DNA of 64,000 nucleotides from the human T2T-CHM13v2.0 reference genome, Homo sapiens, in the NCBI RefSeq assembly GCF_009914755.1, contig NC_060942.1. One strand, given 5' to 3'. Position numbers and translations under genes: made by a program. This document shows positions 29,452 through 45,811 of this stretch, in pieces. Under the pieces are notes generated by a model. The model ran no database searches. It saw nothing but the letters and a program-made list of their open reading frames with translations, and was not told the origin of the DNA. How positions within the stretch are numbered: the first letter of the stretch is position 1; each line of letters starts with the position of its first letter.

Positions 29452-29756
29452 TTTTTTTTTTTTTTTTTGAGACAGGTTGTCACTGTCGCCCAGGTTGGAG
29501 TGCAGTGGCATGACCATGGTTCACTGCAGTCTTGACTTCCCAGGCTCAGATGATCCTTCCACCTCAGACTTGCAGGTAGCTGGAACTACAGGCATATGCC
29601 ACCATGCCCAGCTAATTTTTTGTGTTTTTTTGTAGAGACGGGGTGGGGTCTTGCTATGTTGCCCAGGCTGGTCTTGAACTCCTGGATTCAAGCTGTCTGC
29701 CCACCTTGGCCTCTCAAAGTGCTGGGATTACAGACATAAACCCATCACACCTGGCC
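29452..29756 (-). mobile_element. AluJ, antisense
   Basis: Diverged Alu reverse complement with poly-T. Confidence 0.92.
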
Positions 29757-30168
29757 AACATTTATTTTTTAATGTTGTATTTCAGAGTATGTTTTAGTTG
29801 GTTGAAAAAATGCCTTCAGGATATAAGAATTAACCTGATAGTTGTTTGGAGCTAAGGTTATCGGCACTTTTGTTAAGCTATTAGATATGATCGGCCCTGT
29901 TATTTTATAGTTTTTCTTGATAATTGATCAGTTTCTTCACAAAGAATCCACTGAATAACATTGTACCACATAAGCAGAGTAGTCCATTTGAACTTAGTTA
30001 TAAATGGTTACAAAATACATTATCATCTCTTATTAATCAGTACATATTAAGTCTTTCTCCCAACCCACACTTATGCCAAACACCATTCTTAGACACTGAT
30101 GTTACAAAGATGTTCTTTTTACATTTTTTGGTAAAAATTTTCAATAGTGAAATAAGGAATACATTTAC

Positions 30169-30483
30169 CAGCTGGGCACGGTGACTCACTCCTGTAATCC
30201 AAGCACTCTGGGAGGCTGAGGTGGGTGGATCACTTGAGGCCAGGAGTTTGAGACCAGCCTGGCCAACATGGTGAAATCCTGTCTCTACTAAAAAAGAAAA
30301 TACAAAAATTAGCCAGGTGTGATGGTGCACGCTTGTAATCTCAGCTACTAGGGAGGCTGAGGTATGAGAATTGCTTGAACCCGAGAGGCAGAGGTTACAG
30401 TGAGCCAAAATCACACCACTGAACTCCAACCTAGACAATAGAGCAAGACTCTGTCTCAAAAAAAGAAAAAAAATTTAAAAAAA
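30169..30483 (+). mobile_element. Alu (S/J), sense
   Basis: Full dimer with A tail. Confidence 0.93.
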
Positions 30484-30981
30484 TGTGTTTAACTATCAAG
30501 TAAGGTTCTCATATTGTCTCAGAGATGTTTGCCTAGTCACCAAACATCAGTGAATTTATTGGTCACATACATCATTAACTACATTGCTTCCCCTCTTTGA
30601 AGTAGTACACTTATTGAATAACACTTTCACAGGAACTCTGATTTTGCTGTCATGGAAAATAGAATGTAGAGGAAATACATTTGAAATACTATAAGAACCT
30701 CAATGTAGTTAATGGATTTCTATTTTCAGTAATAAAGGTTTTTCCTGAAAAATTTAAACTATCTTTGTGTGACTAGAGTGTAGCACAATAGTTGGCATGA
30801 ACGTGGGTAAGAGAAAGAGTGCAGTTTCCTTGAACATTACATGCAACCTGCTTCTTTCTAAAAATCCTAATTATATCACATTCCATCTTGCAATCTTTGC
30901 TAGATTTTGCACGCTTTCCCACCCTATTATTGTTATTATTATTTTTTATCTTACCCTTAGGTTGTCTAATACTGGTTTGTT

Positions 30982-31279
<298 letters not shown>

Positions 31280-31599
31280 TTAAATTTGTGTTTCTGAGTA
31301 GGACATTAAATGACTGTCCTATGAAGTAAACACTTGGTATTTTGGTTCACTTGATGTATCTTAAATGGAAAATTCAGGTTAATGACAACAGATGTAAAAG
31401 ATTAATACCAAAGGTAGTGACAAATTATTCACAAAGTATGTGGATATCTAACCTTTATATTTATTTCTGTTTCCCTTTGCTATAACAATAGAAGCGTGGA
31501 TGGTTAAATTTAAATCAGGAGGTAATCCAGAAAGCATTAGTATTTACTTTTGTTAAAAGGAACATCGCATTCTACACCCGTAAAGGCAGATTTTTTTTT

Positions 31600-31775
31600 T
31601 TTTAACATTGATCCTGGCTGCCCGTTAGAATCACCTGGGGAGCTTGTAGGTGAGGTGGCAAGGGGAAAGTTCTGGACTCGCTCATATTTAATTGGTCTGA
31701 GATTGGGCTCAGGCATTGATACATTTGAAAAGCTACCAAGGTGAATCTAATGGGCAGCCAAGTTGGAGAACTTCT
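31600..31775. mobile_element. MER5-like MITE
   Basis: ttagaatcacctggggagctt...aggtga.tctaatg.gcagcca. Confidence 0.65.
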
Positions 31776-32018
31776 AATATATCTCTTTCAAAACTGACTT
31801 TGTATTCTCCTTATGTTACCTTCTGGTAGATTTCCCCATGCCAAGATGGGAAAAAATTATGTACCTATGTAATCAACAAAACAGAGTACGAATGATGGAG
31901 AGTTAGTTGAAAGAGCATCTTTTTTTTTTTTTTTTTATAATATGTAACAGCGGATTGTACGCTGCTGGCATCACATTCCTTGAAGCCCTCTCAAGTGGAT
32001 CATTTATATTTCCATAGA

Positions 32019-32242
32019 GAAGGGCTTATCTAACCTGTGGCCCCCAGGCCACATGTGGCCCAGGACAGCTTAGAATACAGCCCAACACAAATTCATAAAC
32101 TTTCTTAAAACATTATGAGATTTTTTTTTTTGTGATTTTTTAAAGCTCATCAGCTATCATTAGTGTTAGTGTATTTTATGTATAGCCCAAGACAATTCTT
32201 CTTCCACTGTGGCCCAGGGAAGCCAAATATTGGACACCTCTG
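32019..32242. mobile_element. MER30 MITE
   Basis: gcccaacacaaattcataaactttcttaaaacattatgaga...gtggcccagggaagccaaa.attggacacc. Confidence 0.85.
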
Positions 32243-32269
32243 ATGTAGAACCTTCATTATCATTATAAA

Positions 32270-33075
32270 GGGTTTCATTCTGGACATTTATTTTTGCCCA
32301 CCCCTCACTCCCCTTACCATTTTCATCCAGTCCTGTGACTTTACGTATGATCCTAGTGCTGATGACTTTAAACTAATATCACTAGCCTTCATATCTCCTC
32401 TGAGATATATCTGACATCTCTACTAAAAATCTAGTAGGCACCTCAGACTCCACATGTCTAAAACGAAATTCTTGAATCCCTGCCTAAAATCCTGTTCCTC
32501 TTCCATTTAGCCTCTCCTATCTTGGTGAATAACACTAGTGTCCTATTAGGCTAAATCCTTTGTGTTTTTCAGTTTCTCTATCCTCTCACCCTGACCTCCA
32601 TTGAAACCATCAGCAAGGATCATCTATTTCATCTCCAAAATATAGCCTGATAACCCCCATGTTGGTTCCTGTCCACCTGGAAGTCTATGATATAGTTTCT
32701 CTACTTTGATTCTTACTCCCTTCAAGATGGCCAGTGTGAACTGTTAAAAATGCCTATCAACGTGTGTTACTCCACTCCTTAAACTTAGTTGCTTCTCAGT
32801 GCATTTCAAATACAACTATACCGCCTTAAGATGCCTCTTTCTCTCATTTTCCCATTTTCCTGTTGTTTTTTTCTCTTTTAAATCTTTTAATCAAGCAGAC
32901 ATAAAATTATCATGTTTATCAATTCATTATATTAGTTTACACCCTCCTCCAGAATGTAAACTTCATGAATGTGGGGACCCTGTTTGTTCAGTTCACCACT
33001 GTCTGTCTGTATCCCTAGTGCCTACAACAGTGGATATAGTGAGTACTAAGTAAGTGTTTGTTGGTTGAATGAATA
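32270..33075 (+). mobile_element. L2 fragment
   Basis: gctgatgact...ggcacctcagactc.acatgtc; tail gtttgttggttgaatgaat. Confidence 0.72.
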
Positions 33076-34388
33076 AAATGATTACATGAGTAGGAATGGA
33101 ATAACATCTGTGGTATGCATTTATCAATTCCCACAAAGAAATTAGTAATTTAAAGCTAGGTTAAAGCTGTTTAGCTATTATCATAACTTTTTGTTCCTAA
33201 GAGTTTAAGTGGGTTAGGGCCTGATTTGATTAGACTACATCAAGGTAGAAGTTTTTCATTATAATTCCTCTTGATTTTTATTGGCAATATAAAATTCAGA
33301 AATGAGGATAAAACAGATAATTTGAAACTTATATGGATAGTCATTTTTCTATAAAAGTTCCATTATCATTACAGTTTAACTGTTAAACATTTAAGTATTA
33401 AGTAACAGTTCGTATTTTATTATTATTATTATTATCATTATAGATAGGTAGATAGCTGGAATAAAGATCCTACATCACCCAGATCCTGCCCCCATCCCCT
33501 AGAGAAGACAGTGCAAGGCGCTTGGTTGACATTTTTACTGAAACAGCTAAAACCCTTCATTGCCTAAAACCAACGCTTTCCTTACATCCATCCTGAAGAT
33601 CAAACCTGAATCTCTTTTTATCAGTGCTAAGGAGGGGCCACTAAGAGCATAACTACCCAAAGTGGAGAGGTCCCAGTGGAGATTTATTTAAAACTTTCCC
33701 CAGAAGGCCCCACCTCTGGAAATGACCATTCAGAATAGTAACATTTGTTCTCTTTGGAGGAAGAGGAAGAGTTTGAGGATTGGTGAAGAGAAACTGTTAG
33801 TTCCTGTTGGAGGCCAGCATACTCTGAAGATATCATTATTTAGATATCTTGCCCATTTTTAATGCAGCAGAGTACTAGCAATTTTTTCTTTCTTATAGAA
33901 TTACTTTTATCCAGGTCAGTCACTGTAGTTCCTGAAATGATGATTGGTGTATCTGGAAGATACTCATGAGTGATTCATGGGATGATTTTATTTCCCTTTC
34001 ATTCATTTAGCCATGACACACTGAGGTCATCTTAAAGTAGCAGATTGTTATCTTCATCTAGCAAAAACAGATAGATTTTAATTGTTATAAAATGTGAATT
34101 GCACATAAAGTAGATCTTCCTCAGATCCCTTCTAAAATATATATATATACTTACTAAAAAATGAAAAGAATGTCATTATTAGATGATTACTCCAAAGGTC
34201 TGTCCCATGGTGTAGGATTTAGAAATGGTGTTATACGAAGACCCCAAAATAAAATATTTGTCAAGGCTTGCATTTCATTGATACCAACTGATGAATTTTC
34301 TGCTGGAATAATAGTAATCACTGTAGAAATCCAAGTACCACTACTTCTAAAGTATTCTTAATATGAGAAAGAAATGCAGAATTCTTAA

Positions 34389-34526
<138 letters not shown>

Positions 34527-34769
34527 TAACATAAATGAAGAGCTCTTCTGTATAATTTTTCCATATTCCAGAATACAACAACCTCTCAAGTCTCTGCAGC
34601 CAGTTTTATCCCCTTCCTTGTTCCTGCCCACAGTCACATGAATAGGTTCTCTCATCTGGAGAGACAGTTTGCTTGCTACTCCAGCCCTGCAGTCACAGGG
34701 AGGAGGAAGCAGCAGCCCAAAGCTTAAAGAACTGAGCAGAGTTTTCAGCTATTGTCCATCATAGGGAGG

Positions 34770-35240
34770 ATTTATTTTAAAATTGAATTTAGCCAAGTTA
34801 ACTGCCAGCTACAGTGAATCTTCACAAGAACACAACAGAATTCATAGTCTCTCTAACATATCATTTGGAATGTCTATTATCTCTCTTTTTTTTAATAACT
34901 AGATGTGTGAATAAACAGAAAATGTGACACTAAGCCAATGAAAAAATAAAACAATCCGTAGAAACACCCTGAGATGACCCATGACCGCAGAAAAGGACTT
35001 TAAAGCAGCTGTTACAAATGTCCATGCACCTAAGGGAAAATAAATGCATAATTACTGAACAGATAGGACTATCAATAGAGACATTAAAACTAGGAAGGAA
35101 GAACAAAATGAAAATTATGGAACTGAAAGTACAGTAGCTAAAATGAAATATTAATTGGGTAGGCTTAACAGCAGATTGAGTTATGGCATTAGAAGTCAGT
35201 AAACTTAAAGATAAATCAATAGAAATTATTTAATTTACTT
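34770..35240 (+). mobile_element. Old L1 (L1M) ORF1-region fragment
   Basis: aaggactttaaagcagct; gaacaaaatgaaaattatggaactgaaa; cttaacagcagatt. Confidence 0.6.
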
Positions 35241-37071
35241 CCACAGCTTCACTGCCTGTGGAGGAACAGGAACGATGTCAATCATTGGCAAAATAAACTA
35301 AACTAGATCTTCTCATATGTCTCCATTCCTATAGAATTTCCCTGTATCCCTGTAAAGGACTACCTCAATAGATCTGTAGTTTCCAAAGATGGGGATTTTT
35401 TTTTAATTCATATTTAAAGTTGTGGTTAATTTACAATAGCCTTAAGTATTAGAACAATTAGTGTATGTGTTAAGAATCTTAAGAACCTAGAGGACAGCCT
35501 AACATAAGTCAGTAAATCTGATACCAAATAACTATTTATATACAGTTAACCCTTTGGTATAAAAGAGAATATTTTCATATTTGGTAAATAACATTTTTAT
35601 GCCAAGTGTATACCTTCTCTTTGTAATTCAGGCACTTATGTAAGTATGCAAGCTTTGATAAATTGGGCTAAAGTTTATTTTGATTCTCCTGCTCTGTAGA
35701 TTTTTTATTTCCTTAAAAATAGTTCCAAAATTGTCAGATATTCTCTCTGTAAGTAGAAGTTAAGGAAATCAAAAGATCGAACTTAAGGAATATGTTTGTC
35801 ATTATCTGGGATGCAGACATGAGAGAGCTAGTTCATTGAAGATACAGCCTTAGATGTTCCTCCACCAAATTGTTCTTGTCTTCACTTCTTACATTTACCT
35901 CTCTTTTACCTCCTGCTATCTTGTGGCTCAAGCACTCTCAAATCACCTGGTATACCTCCAGTACAGTGAAGAGACAAGGGCACTGAGCTGGGGCTATGGA
36001 TTGTTGCACTGTTTGTCATTTCTTCTTTGTAGCTTTCTAGTAGTGAAACCCTATACTTCAAACACTAAATGGGGACCACACTTTATCCACTTGGAATCCC
36101 CATTTTCTCCTAGCCTGTCTTTGAGAAGTATATGTGGGTTATTTACAAGAGAAAGGAGTAGTCTGTAATGGTTGTGTGTGGTGGCGTAGGATTGTCTGGA
36201 AGCATGTGCCAGTTAAGGGTTCTTGAGCCGGCTTCGTGAATTCTCTGTGCCTCAATTTCTGCATATTATCGATGAGATATTATCTACTGTATGTTTGCGT
36301 ATCAGTCGGATGAAATGTTGCATGTATAATATTTGGCATGGCATTTTGCACAAAGTAGTTCTTCAGTAACATTGACTTTTATATATATATAAAATATACG
36401 CACATAAATATACATACTAGTTTTTCTAGTACTTAATGCTACTGAAAATCAAGTGTAGCTTTAAATAAGACTAAAAAAATTATTTTATCTTTGGAAACGA
36501 TAGACCTATTGATGTAGTTTTGTGTGGGGATGTAGGGAAATTCAATAGGAAAGGAAACCTTAGAAGATCACATTTAGTTTGTCAGTGATTGACATTGTTC
36601 CTGTTCTCATATAGACACTGAAGGTATGGGAGAATATTAATATAATCTCACCTTGCTTCATCCAATTCACAAGGAATAACAGGGATAAAGTGGATTATTA
36701 ATAAACATTCCACAATTTAAATCATATATAGTAACTCTAGATTTTAGATTAAAAAAAAAGGCACACCTTTAGTTAAAAGAGCAGTTTTTCTGTTTTTGAG
36801 ATGTAGGGCCCTAAGAAATATTTCTTCTTTTCTTTTTTCTTAAAAACTGTTTACAACCAACAAGAACAAGGTGATATACAGAGCATATAACAAAAACAGC
36901 AAACTTCCACACTCCAAAGAATGCCATTCAGAATTCTAATAAGTTACAGGTCATTTATTTGCCATAGGAATAGCTCATGTTACCTTATAATGTCTGCATC
37001 AGTTTGATTCTGCCTGTTCAAAATGTGCCCTATTTTTCTTCGTTGTAAAGACTAAGAGTGTTATCTTATAG

Positions 37072-37398
<327 letters not shown>

Positions 37399-38336
37399 TA
37401 ACTTCTGGAGCACCAGCATAGGTATTTTTGTTCTTTGCAGTCAGTGGTGATTATACGTCCTCTTGAGAATGATTTTGGATCCAGCAGAGGCCTTAGCAAT
37501 TGAAACTTGGACACTTGTTGGGTTTTGGTGAATGATGAAGTGCTGGGAAAGTTTAGAAGCTAAGAAAAGCAATCCACATCACACACCAGAAAGGTCTATC
37601 CATAGACTTACTATTAGCAGTATCCACAGATAAGTGAGGGATTACCCCTTTATGGTAAACTTCAGATTTAAAACCCATTTTAATTATGAATTGCATAATA
37701 AGGATGACTATGAAAATGGTTAGCAAACGGAAAAATTAGGCTGCTTTTTTCTTCTATGCCCTCACCTCTCCTGTGAACTCCTTCCTGGTGTTACACATTC
37801 ACTTAATGATTTTCCTAATCATCCAAGCTTAAAGCTTGTCTGCTTTGAATTTTCCCTCAGCCAGTGACCAGTATCTCACCAAGCCGTGTTTGTTTCTTTA
37901 ACCTTTTTAACCCAGTTTTTTTAAACTTTATGATACCTAGGTGTGTGCAGTTTCCTCATTGCCTAACAGCGAAGTCAAATCTCTGGCAACTTAAGGCCTT
38001 CTAGAATATTGTGTTCTATGCTGCTTTTCAAGCTGTTGTGTAATACTCTCTTTCTCTAAATATTTTGTTGTCTTTCATCATAGTGGACAACTTTGCTGCT
38101 GTCATTTCTTCAGCCCAGAAATCAATCTTCTTAATAATGTATCTTCTGTAAACTTCTACATGGCAAAATCCAACCTGTCCTCCAAGAGCTCTTAATGCTC
38201 TTTGATTGATCTTTCTCTAAATTTCTGTATGTTTTCTACCTTTATTACGACTTGCACTTATGTTTTGCTTTCTTTTTTTCCTTCCCCCCACCTCCCACTT
38301 TTCCCACATTAGCTGATGTTTTGCTTTTTATTATAG

Positions 38337-38684
<348 letters not shown>

Positions 38685-39519
38685 TCAAATACAGACTTCC
38701 TGAAGGCTGGGCTTTGTCTATCAGTCACCTAGTAGTGCAATGCCTTATATACTTAAAAAATATTTAATGAACATAAAGGAATTCCTGCCTCTAGATGTTA
38801 GCTTATACTCTTTTTCTAGCTCAATAAAAAGGTGTTTTTCCCTGAACACCAGTCTTGATCATATTTTTATTACAAGGGCTGCCTCAGGGTCTGCTTCATG
38901 GGTCATTAATTGTAACCAATCATTTGTTGAGAATAAATTGTGATTCAAATAGTATGTGACTCATCAAAGTCAACCAGCTAGCTAAAGGTGGACCTTGCTC
39001 TACATATAGCAGAACAGAATATTTTAGAGGTATAGGGGGAAAAAGGCCAGAGAGATATCATGACCACTTGACATCTGTGACAAACAAGGGACAAAACCAA
39101 GACTTAAACCCAAATATTTTGACTCCCATATTTAGTATTTTTTAAACCAGATCTTTTCAGTGTCTTGCTCATCACTATACTACATTAGTGTCAATCAAAC
39201 TTTTCCTGGCCACGGCCCATCTCTGTGTGTGTACACCTTATTTTTTTCTTTTTTTAAGCTCAACTAGTTACAACATGCTTGAAGTCAGAAACTCTTAACT
39301 TCTGTGTCTTTGCATTTCTGTAGCAGGGGATTTACCCGTTGTAGTTGGTCATTTATATTTTATCTTACTCCATCTCTATCTACAAGTGTAGAAATATCTC
39401 TCCATCATGGGTTTTCCTTATTCCATACTTGTAGATTCTGGTTTTTCTCCTTTGTTTTCCTGGAGAATGATATAATGGAGCTAAAACTCCAAACTTGAAA
39501 TTAGTGCTGCTGCCTAACA

Positions 39520-40018
39520 CTGATTTCAGTAATCTATAGCTACACAAGCATCTCCAGACTTAGTAGCTGAAAAAGCAATAATGATTTGTTATTTCTTACT
39601 TAGGATGCTTCAGTCAGGAATTTAGCTAGAGCCCAGCTATGAGGTTTTTTTGTTTGCTGTAATGTTAGCTGGCTTCACTCCTTCAGCTGTATTCGACTGG
39701 TAGTTGGGTTTGTCTTGGAGGTCCAGCAAAGCTTCACTCAATAGGTCTGGCACTTAGGTGTTCTCTGCATGGACTATCTCTCTCCACTTCCTCTGTCATC
39801 ATTTCAGACTCCTGCCCAAACTGCTGCTCTACAGCATGGTGACTGATTTCCCCAAGAGGATATGAAGGCAGACGTGGCAGTCCTCTTAAAATAAGTCCCA
39901 AGAGCAGCCCAGATTCACAGAGAGAAAAAATAGATTCTGCCTCTTGACAGGAGGAGAGAGTTGCATATGCAGAAAAGAGAGGAATTAAGTAGCATTTTTG
40001 AAGATTTCACTGCCACTC
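39520..40018 (-). mobile_element. MLT1 LTR (degenerate)
   Basis: cagcccagattca...aaatagattctgcctcttga; ctacagcatggtgactg. Confidence 0.55.
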
Positions 40019-41122
40019 AGCTAATGTGCTCCAGCTTAAAGTTGAGCCTTCAAGTTCTGTAAAATGAATTAGTGGCATGCTTTATTTTAGTGGTCTAGTT
40101 TTGAAATTCTATTGTTAATTTGCATAAGATGCCCATTTTGCTTGCTGGATCTAAAAATAGAAGGGCCATTTTTCTTAATTCTCTTTATTAAAAATGGAGG
40201 AGAAAAAGAGGTTGATAAAAAGTAGTAGTTTTTAGGGGGCCATAGTATTATTTAGGGGAGCTAGTAATAGAAGGACTTTGGTTTACCAAAGTCTCTGGGC
40301 CTCAGTTTTCACACCTATAAAGTGATTGACATTGAGGTTAAAACATCTGTTTTTGATATAAATTTAATATAATGTCAAAGGTTAATTGCTTTATAAAGCT
40401 AATGTTGACTACTGCAAGGGTTGGTAAATGAAATCTGCCTCTCCCCTCTCCCCATCTTAGGGATGGTTACATTGTGAAAGTTGCTGAGAGCTCTTTGAGT
40501 TATTGGCGTGTACCTATTCTTCTATTCATAGAGAAAATAAAATATGAATGGCAAAACGAATTGGTAAAATTGCAGTGGGCATGCTCTTAAATTAGGGAGG
40601 GATCATTTTATACACATTAACAGATTATTATAATTCTTGAGAAGAAACATTAAGTCTGTTTCCTAGGTTCCTGTTTTCTAGTTCTTCATTACAATAGTAG
40701 ATACGATGTAGAAATCCTGTAATTAACATTACTTTAGCCTTGGTTGTTACAGGCTCTTTTGGACTAGGATAGATTGTTGATAACCTTGATAATCAAAGTT
40801 ACTGCCACATGAAAATAAGAGTTAAGAACAAATATTTGAATTATTCTAACAGTCTAAGGATCACCATCTTAGATTTGTAAAACTGGAGGTTTATTGCAGC
40901 ATGAATATGTAGATGAACTTTTTAAATATCATTTCTTAGCTCTCCAATTTACAGTGATGGACAGTGTTTGGGACAATAACAGCTTCAACATTTATTGGAA
41001 TGTATTTCATACAATGCTTCCCATTTTTAATTAAATAACCATTACTGTGATAATACAAGTATGTTTTAGTGTTATCCCTATTTTATAGATGAGAAAACTG
41101 AACCACATAAAAAGTTGTTTTC

Positions 41123-41493
<371 letters not shown>

Positions 41494-42235
41494 TCATATT
41501 CTTTATCCTAAGGGATGAACTTAAAAATGTTTGTGATATTTCTTAGATTTCCTTAAATATATAATTTGTGCTCCAAAATAAGGGTTACCTATGGATGTTT
41601 AATTTTACTGGAACTTGTTTAGGCACTGAAGCATACATGGGATGCTAAATAAGGTCTTAGCTTCATACAAATCTTTTCAAATAACAATTATAAAAGCATA
41701 GTTGTTTCTTAATTGATCTCTGGAGTTTATTTTCTCTTTGAAACTCACTTGTCTACATATATTGTCTAAGTATTGATACTAATAAATCACATAGGCATTC
41801 AAATTCAGATGACTGGCATCTATTTTTTTGTCACTTGTAGTCATCTATTATAATGATGCAATATTGTTAATCGATTTATGGTAATTTTAGTACATTCCCA
41901 TTAATCATTGTGGATAGTAGAACCAACTTTTTAAAAAATGGGAGTAGATTAATACATGCTTAAAGAATTACAGATATTTCAGCATAAAAGAAACAACATT
42001 CAAAAAGAAGACTAAGAGTTACTAGATACAACTATTATATCCAAATGCTACAAAAGCTTGTTTTCTTTCATCATGCAATTCCTTAGGAAGGGTAGAGATT
42101 AAACACTGCAATATTTGTTTCCTAGCAACACCCACATATTAGTGATACAAATTTTCCACTGGAAAACAATTTTATTTTGGTCATTGTCTTTGAAATTGCA
42201 TCATTGTAACCCTTCTCTATGCCAAAATGATCTTT

Positions 42236-42519
42236 TTTGGCATCTTGTTCTGTCGCCCCCCACTGGAGTGCAGTGGTACAATCATGGTTCACTGCAGCCT
42301 TGACCTCCTGGGCTTGAGTGATCCTCCTGCCTCAGCCTCCCCGGTAGCTAGGAGTACAGGCATGCACCACCATACCCAGCTAATTTTTAATTTATTTTTT
42401 TGTAGAGATGAGGTCCGACTATGTTGCCCAAGCTGTTCTCAAACTCCTGGCCTCAAGCAATCCTCCTGCCTCGGCCTTTTGAGTGCTGGGATTACAAGCA
42501 CGAGCCACCATGTCTGGCC
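42236..42519 (-). mobile_element. AluJ, antisense, tail largely lost
   Basis: Alu reverse complement (cctcctgggctt, tcaagcaatcctcc). Confidence 0.9.
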
Positions 42520-45460
42520 TTGAAGTGATCTTTACAGTGCTTTCGAGGGTTGTATACGTGGGAAAGATAGAGGTCATATAGTTTGGGTCATGTACAGTTG
42601 CACAAGTAGGCCTTTCACTGGTGATCTCTTACACTGCAGTCCATTTCCTGTTTCTGCTTTTCCCTGTCATCCTTTCTTTTCATTTATGGTAGTAAAAATC
42701 TTGAGAAAGGGGTGTGTTTTCCAGTAATGTTAATACATACTAAATCTAATTAATTAAATCTTGGCAGATTAACTAGAGACAGAGGTTTTTGTTTTTCAGA
42801 ATGACTGTAAAAAAATAAATAACCAATAGATTGGGTTCAGAAGGTTCAGAAGTTCCAGCTCAAGATACTAGGAACATAGCACTGCTGTCCATTTAAAGGG
42901 AATCCTTACTCATCACTTGCAGTGTTCAAGGAGGAAAAGCACAGGTCTAGGCAGAGAGACACCTGATTCTATAGTCACTTATTCTTAAGTTAGAGACCAG
43001 TTGCCTTTAGCTTAAGGGAATTCAACTGTGATATATTTGGGTGGATTTCAAAACAAAAGAAACAAAAAAAATGGAAGGAGGAAAATGGTGTGGTTATTCT
43101 GCTTGAATTTCCCCTAAAGAATACCTGTCCTCTAAGGAATGTGACAGTGGCTCTCTCAAAAGTGTTTCAGTTATCAAGTGCCTCTCATGCATAACATGGC
43201 ATCTTACTACGCTGAAGGTGATCCCAAAATTGAAAATTCTGAGTGTTTGGTATTTATATCACAGTTTCTAAGTGCAAACCAGTTGCTGCTTAACCAGAGA
43301 AACAGGGTTTTCTTGTGTCATTGCTGAGGGAAAAGCTTCTGATTTTGGACTTTTTAAGAGATACATGTCTCTTATGTGCTGCCTCCTCAAGGGCTTTTCT
43401 TGAGTAATTTTTTTTTTTTTTAATTTGTATTCCTGTTTTTCCTTTCTATGTTGACTTTAGCACCTAAACCCAGTGTAGAGTGATTTCACTTTATTTGCTG
43501 TCCTCTTTCATCTTCTTTAAGAAGGCAACCTTCTAGGTCAGTGAGTGAGTCTCTTGGTTTTCAGAATTGGGAACTAAGACCATTCAAGCCCATTTCTCCT
43601 TGTATTTCTCTAGGTAAAGTACAAGCATTTTCTGTGTTCAGAGTATGTATAAAAACATTTACCTTAGGTTTATGTGTATATTCACAGCACCTTTGACAGT
43701 TAAGAGATCAGTACTTGTGCTGGTGTTAACTCTTCCATTTTTTAGTTACTTGAAAGTCGCTCTTTCCTGGGTCAGTGGAATTTTGTTTTTGTTTTTAAGC
43801 TTTTGAATAGTAAATGTAACAATAGTAAATGTTTAGATATACTTACAACCCTAGTCTGTTAGTCTTAAATATACCATAATGTGTTTTCATTTGATGAACT
43901 TTGTTTGAAATTTGATCTTACATGATACATTAGCAAAGCTAGTTCTGTTTTAGGACCATACATAGCTAATACTCTTTTTGGAAAAGGAGAACTATCACAC
44001 ACAGGAATTTTTGTTTATGTTTTTTTCTTTAATTTATTTAAAGTCCTTACTCCCAGACTTGTAGTATAATTTTGGGTCTTGATTTCAGGTGAACAGATAA
44101 GTAGAAAATAAACTATATCTTAATTCTTTAATGAGAATGTACTCTCCTTTAACAAACATGTAATTGGCTTTAATAATAAAAATGTTGATAAAACTCTAAT
44201 TCATGAATTTATTATTTCCTGCTGTAAATATTAAGTGGCATTTAGTATTTAGTTGTGAAATCGATACATAAGTATGTAGCTGCAAAACAAACTATTGCAG
44301 GTTTAAAGCATTACTAGTACTCGTATGTTAAATATAAGTACAGATCTTTTTATATGTGTGTTTTGTTTTTATAGCATTACTTTATTCATACTAACTTTCC
44401 ATTTTTTTTCTTTTGGTGACCCACTTTTGCCTCATATTCTCTCTTTGTACTTTTTGAAACTTCCCTTTTTATGTAAATTGACCACTAACACTGAATTCCG
44501 TTTTGCAAATTGAAGCTCTTTACCCTTTCGTGTTCCCTCATACGTGCCAGACTAGAGAACATGGGATGCTCTCTAGTTTTAAATTGTGTTTTACTTAAGT
44601 ACCTACTCATACTTCCCATGAGGTTGAAAGCCGTGTAGCCTTGAGTACTCAAATAGCCATGTACAAAGGTAAAAAGTTCATATCACTCAGTATATGTAAT
44701 TCATATAGTCTCCCTTTATATTTAGTTCTTCTTATTTTACCACTTTAAACAAGTGTGACTCTTTTTATAATAACTAAAATTTGTTTGGAACATCAGGTTT
44801 TATCCTACTTTATGGATGCAAAATTGTGACCTAAAAAGAAGAGAAAAATCATCATTTCTGAGTTTCCATTTTTAGGGACCTAATTTTATCACTAGGAATG
44901 AAGAATAGCAGTGTAAAATATTTCAGTGAACAAAACAAAAAGTATTGATTTGGGGGTCAAATAGAAATCCTTTTAATCTAAAACAAATTATTTTTAATTT
45001 AGTAATTAATTTTCTAAAGAATGAGATGATTCCCTTACCAGTGGCTTAAGTAAATAATGTAACACCAATATATCACACACAGCTTTTTTTCATTCTGTCT
45101 CCCAGATCTAATTTATTTGAATTTTTCTTGGCAGAAATAACAACAACAGGAAAAATCATTAATAGCAAAGTATTGAACATTTAAATGTGCCAGGAATTAT
45201 GTAAAGTTCTTTCTCTGTATCAACTCTTAATTCTCACACCTGTGAAGTAAGTGTACTACAAGTTATGTATTTACAGATGAGAAAACTAAGGTTAATAGAT
45301 GACAAAGCCCAGATTCAAACTCAAAATATTTTGAGTCCCAGATCTAGTCCTATATTTATAAGTAATAATATGTATATAAATACATAATATACATTTATAT
45401 ATATGTATTTTTATATAAATGTTTATATATAAGATATTTAGTAACTAGTGACTATTTCCA

Positions 45461-45771
45461 GTCACCAGCTGCATTAGCCCTTACCAAGAAAGTCAGCCTG
45501 TCCTTTGAAGCCAGACTTTGACTTCTCTGTAGCATGAAAGTCCTCTGTGGCATCTTATTCCATTAGAAAGCTGTTTCATCTGCACTGAAAATCTGTTCTC
45601 TAGTGTAGTCACCTTCATCAGTGATCTTAGCTAGATTGTAGATAACCCGTGTGCAGTTCTTCCATCAGTACTGAAAATCTGTTCTCTAGTGTAGTCACCT
45701 TCATCAGTGATCTTAGCTAGATGGTAGATAACCCATGTGCAGTTTCTCCATCAGCACTGGCTGCTTTACCT

Positions 45772-45775
<4 letters not shown>
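45461..45775 (-). mobile_element. Isolated internal Tigger1 fragment containing an 86-bp tandem duplication
   Basis: Matches 48231-48459 of the neighbouring Tigger1; no TIRs. Confidence 0.88.
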
Positions 45776-45811
<36 letters not shown>

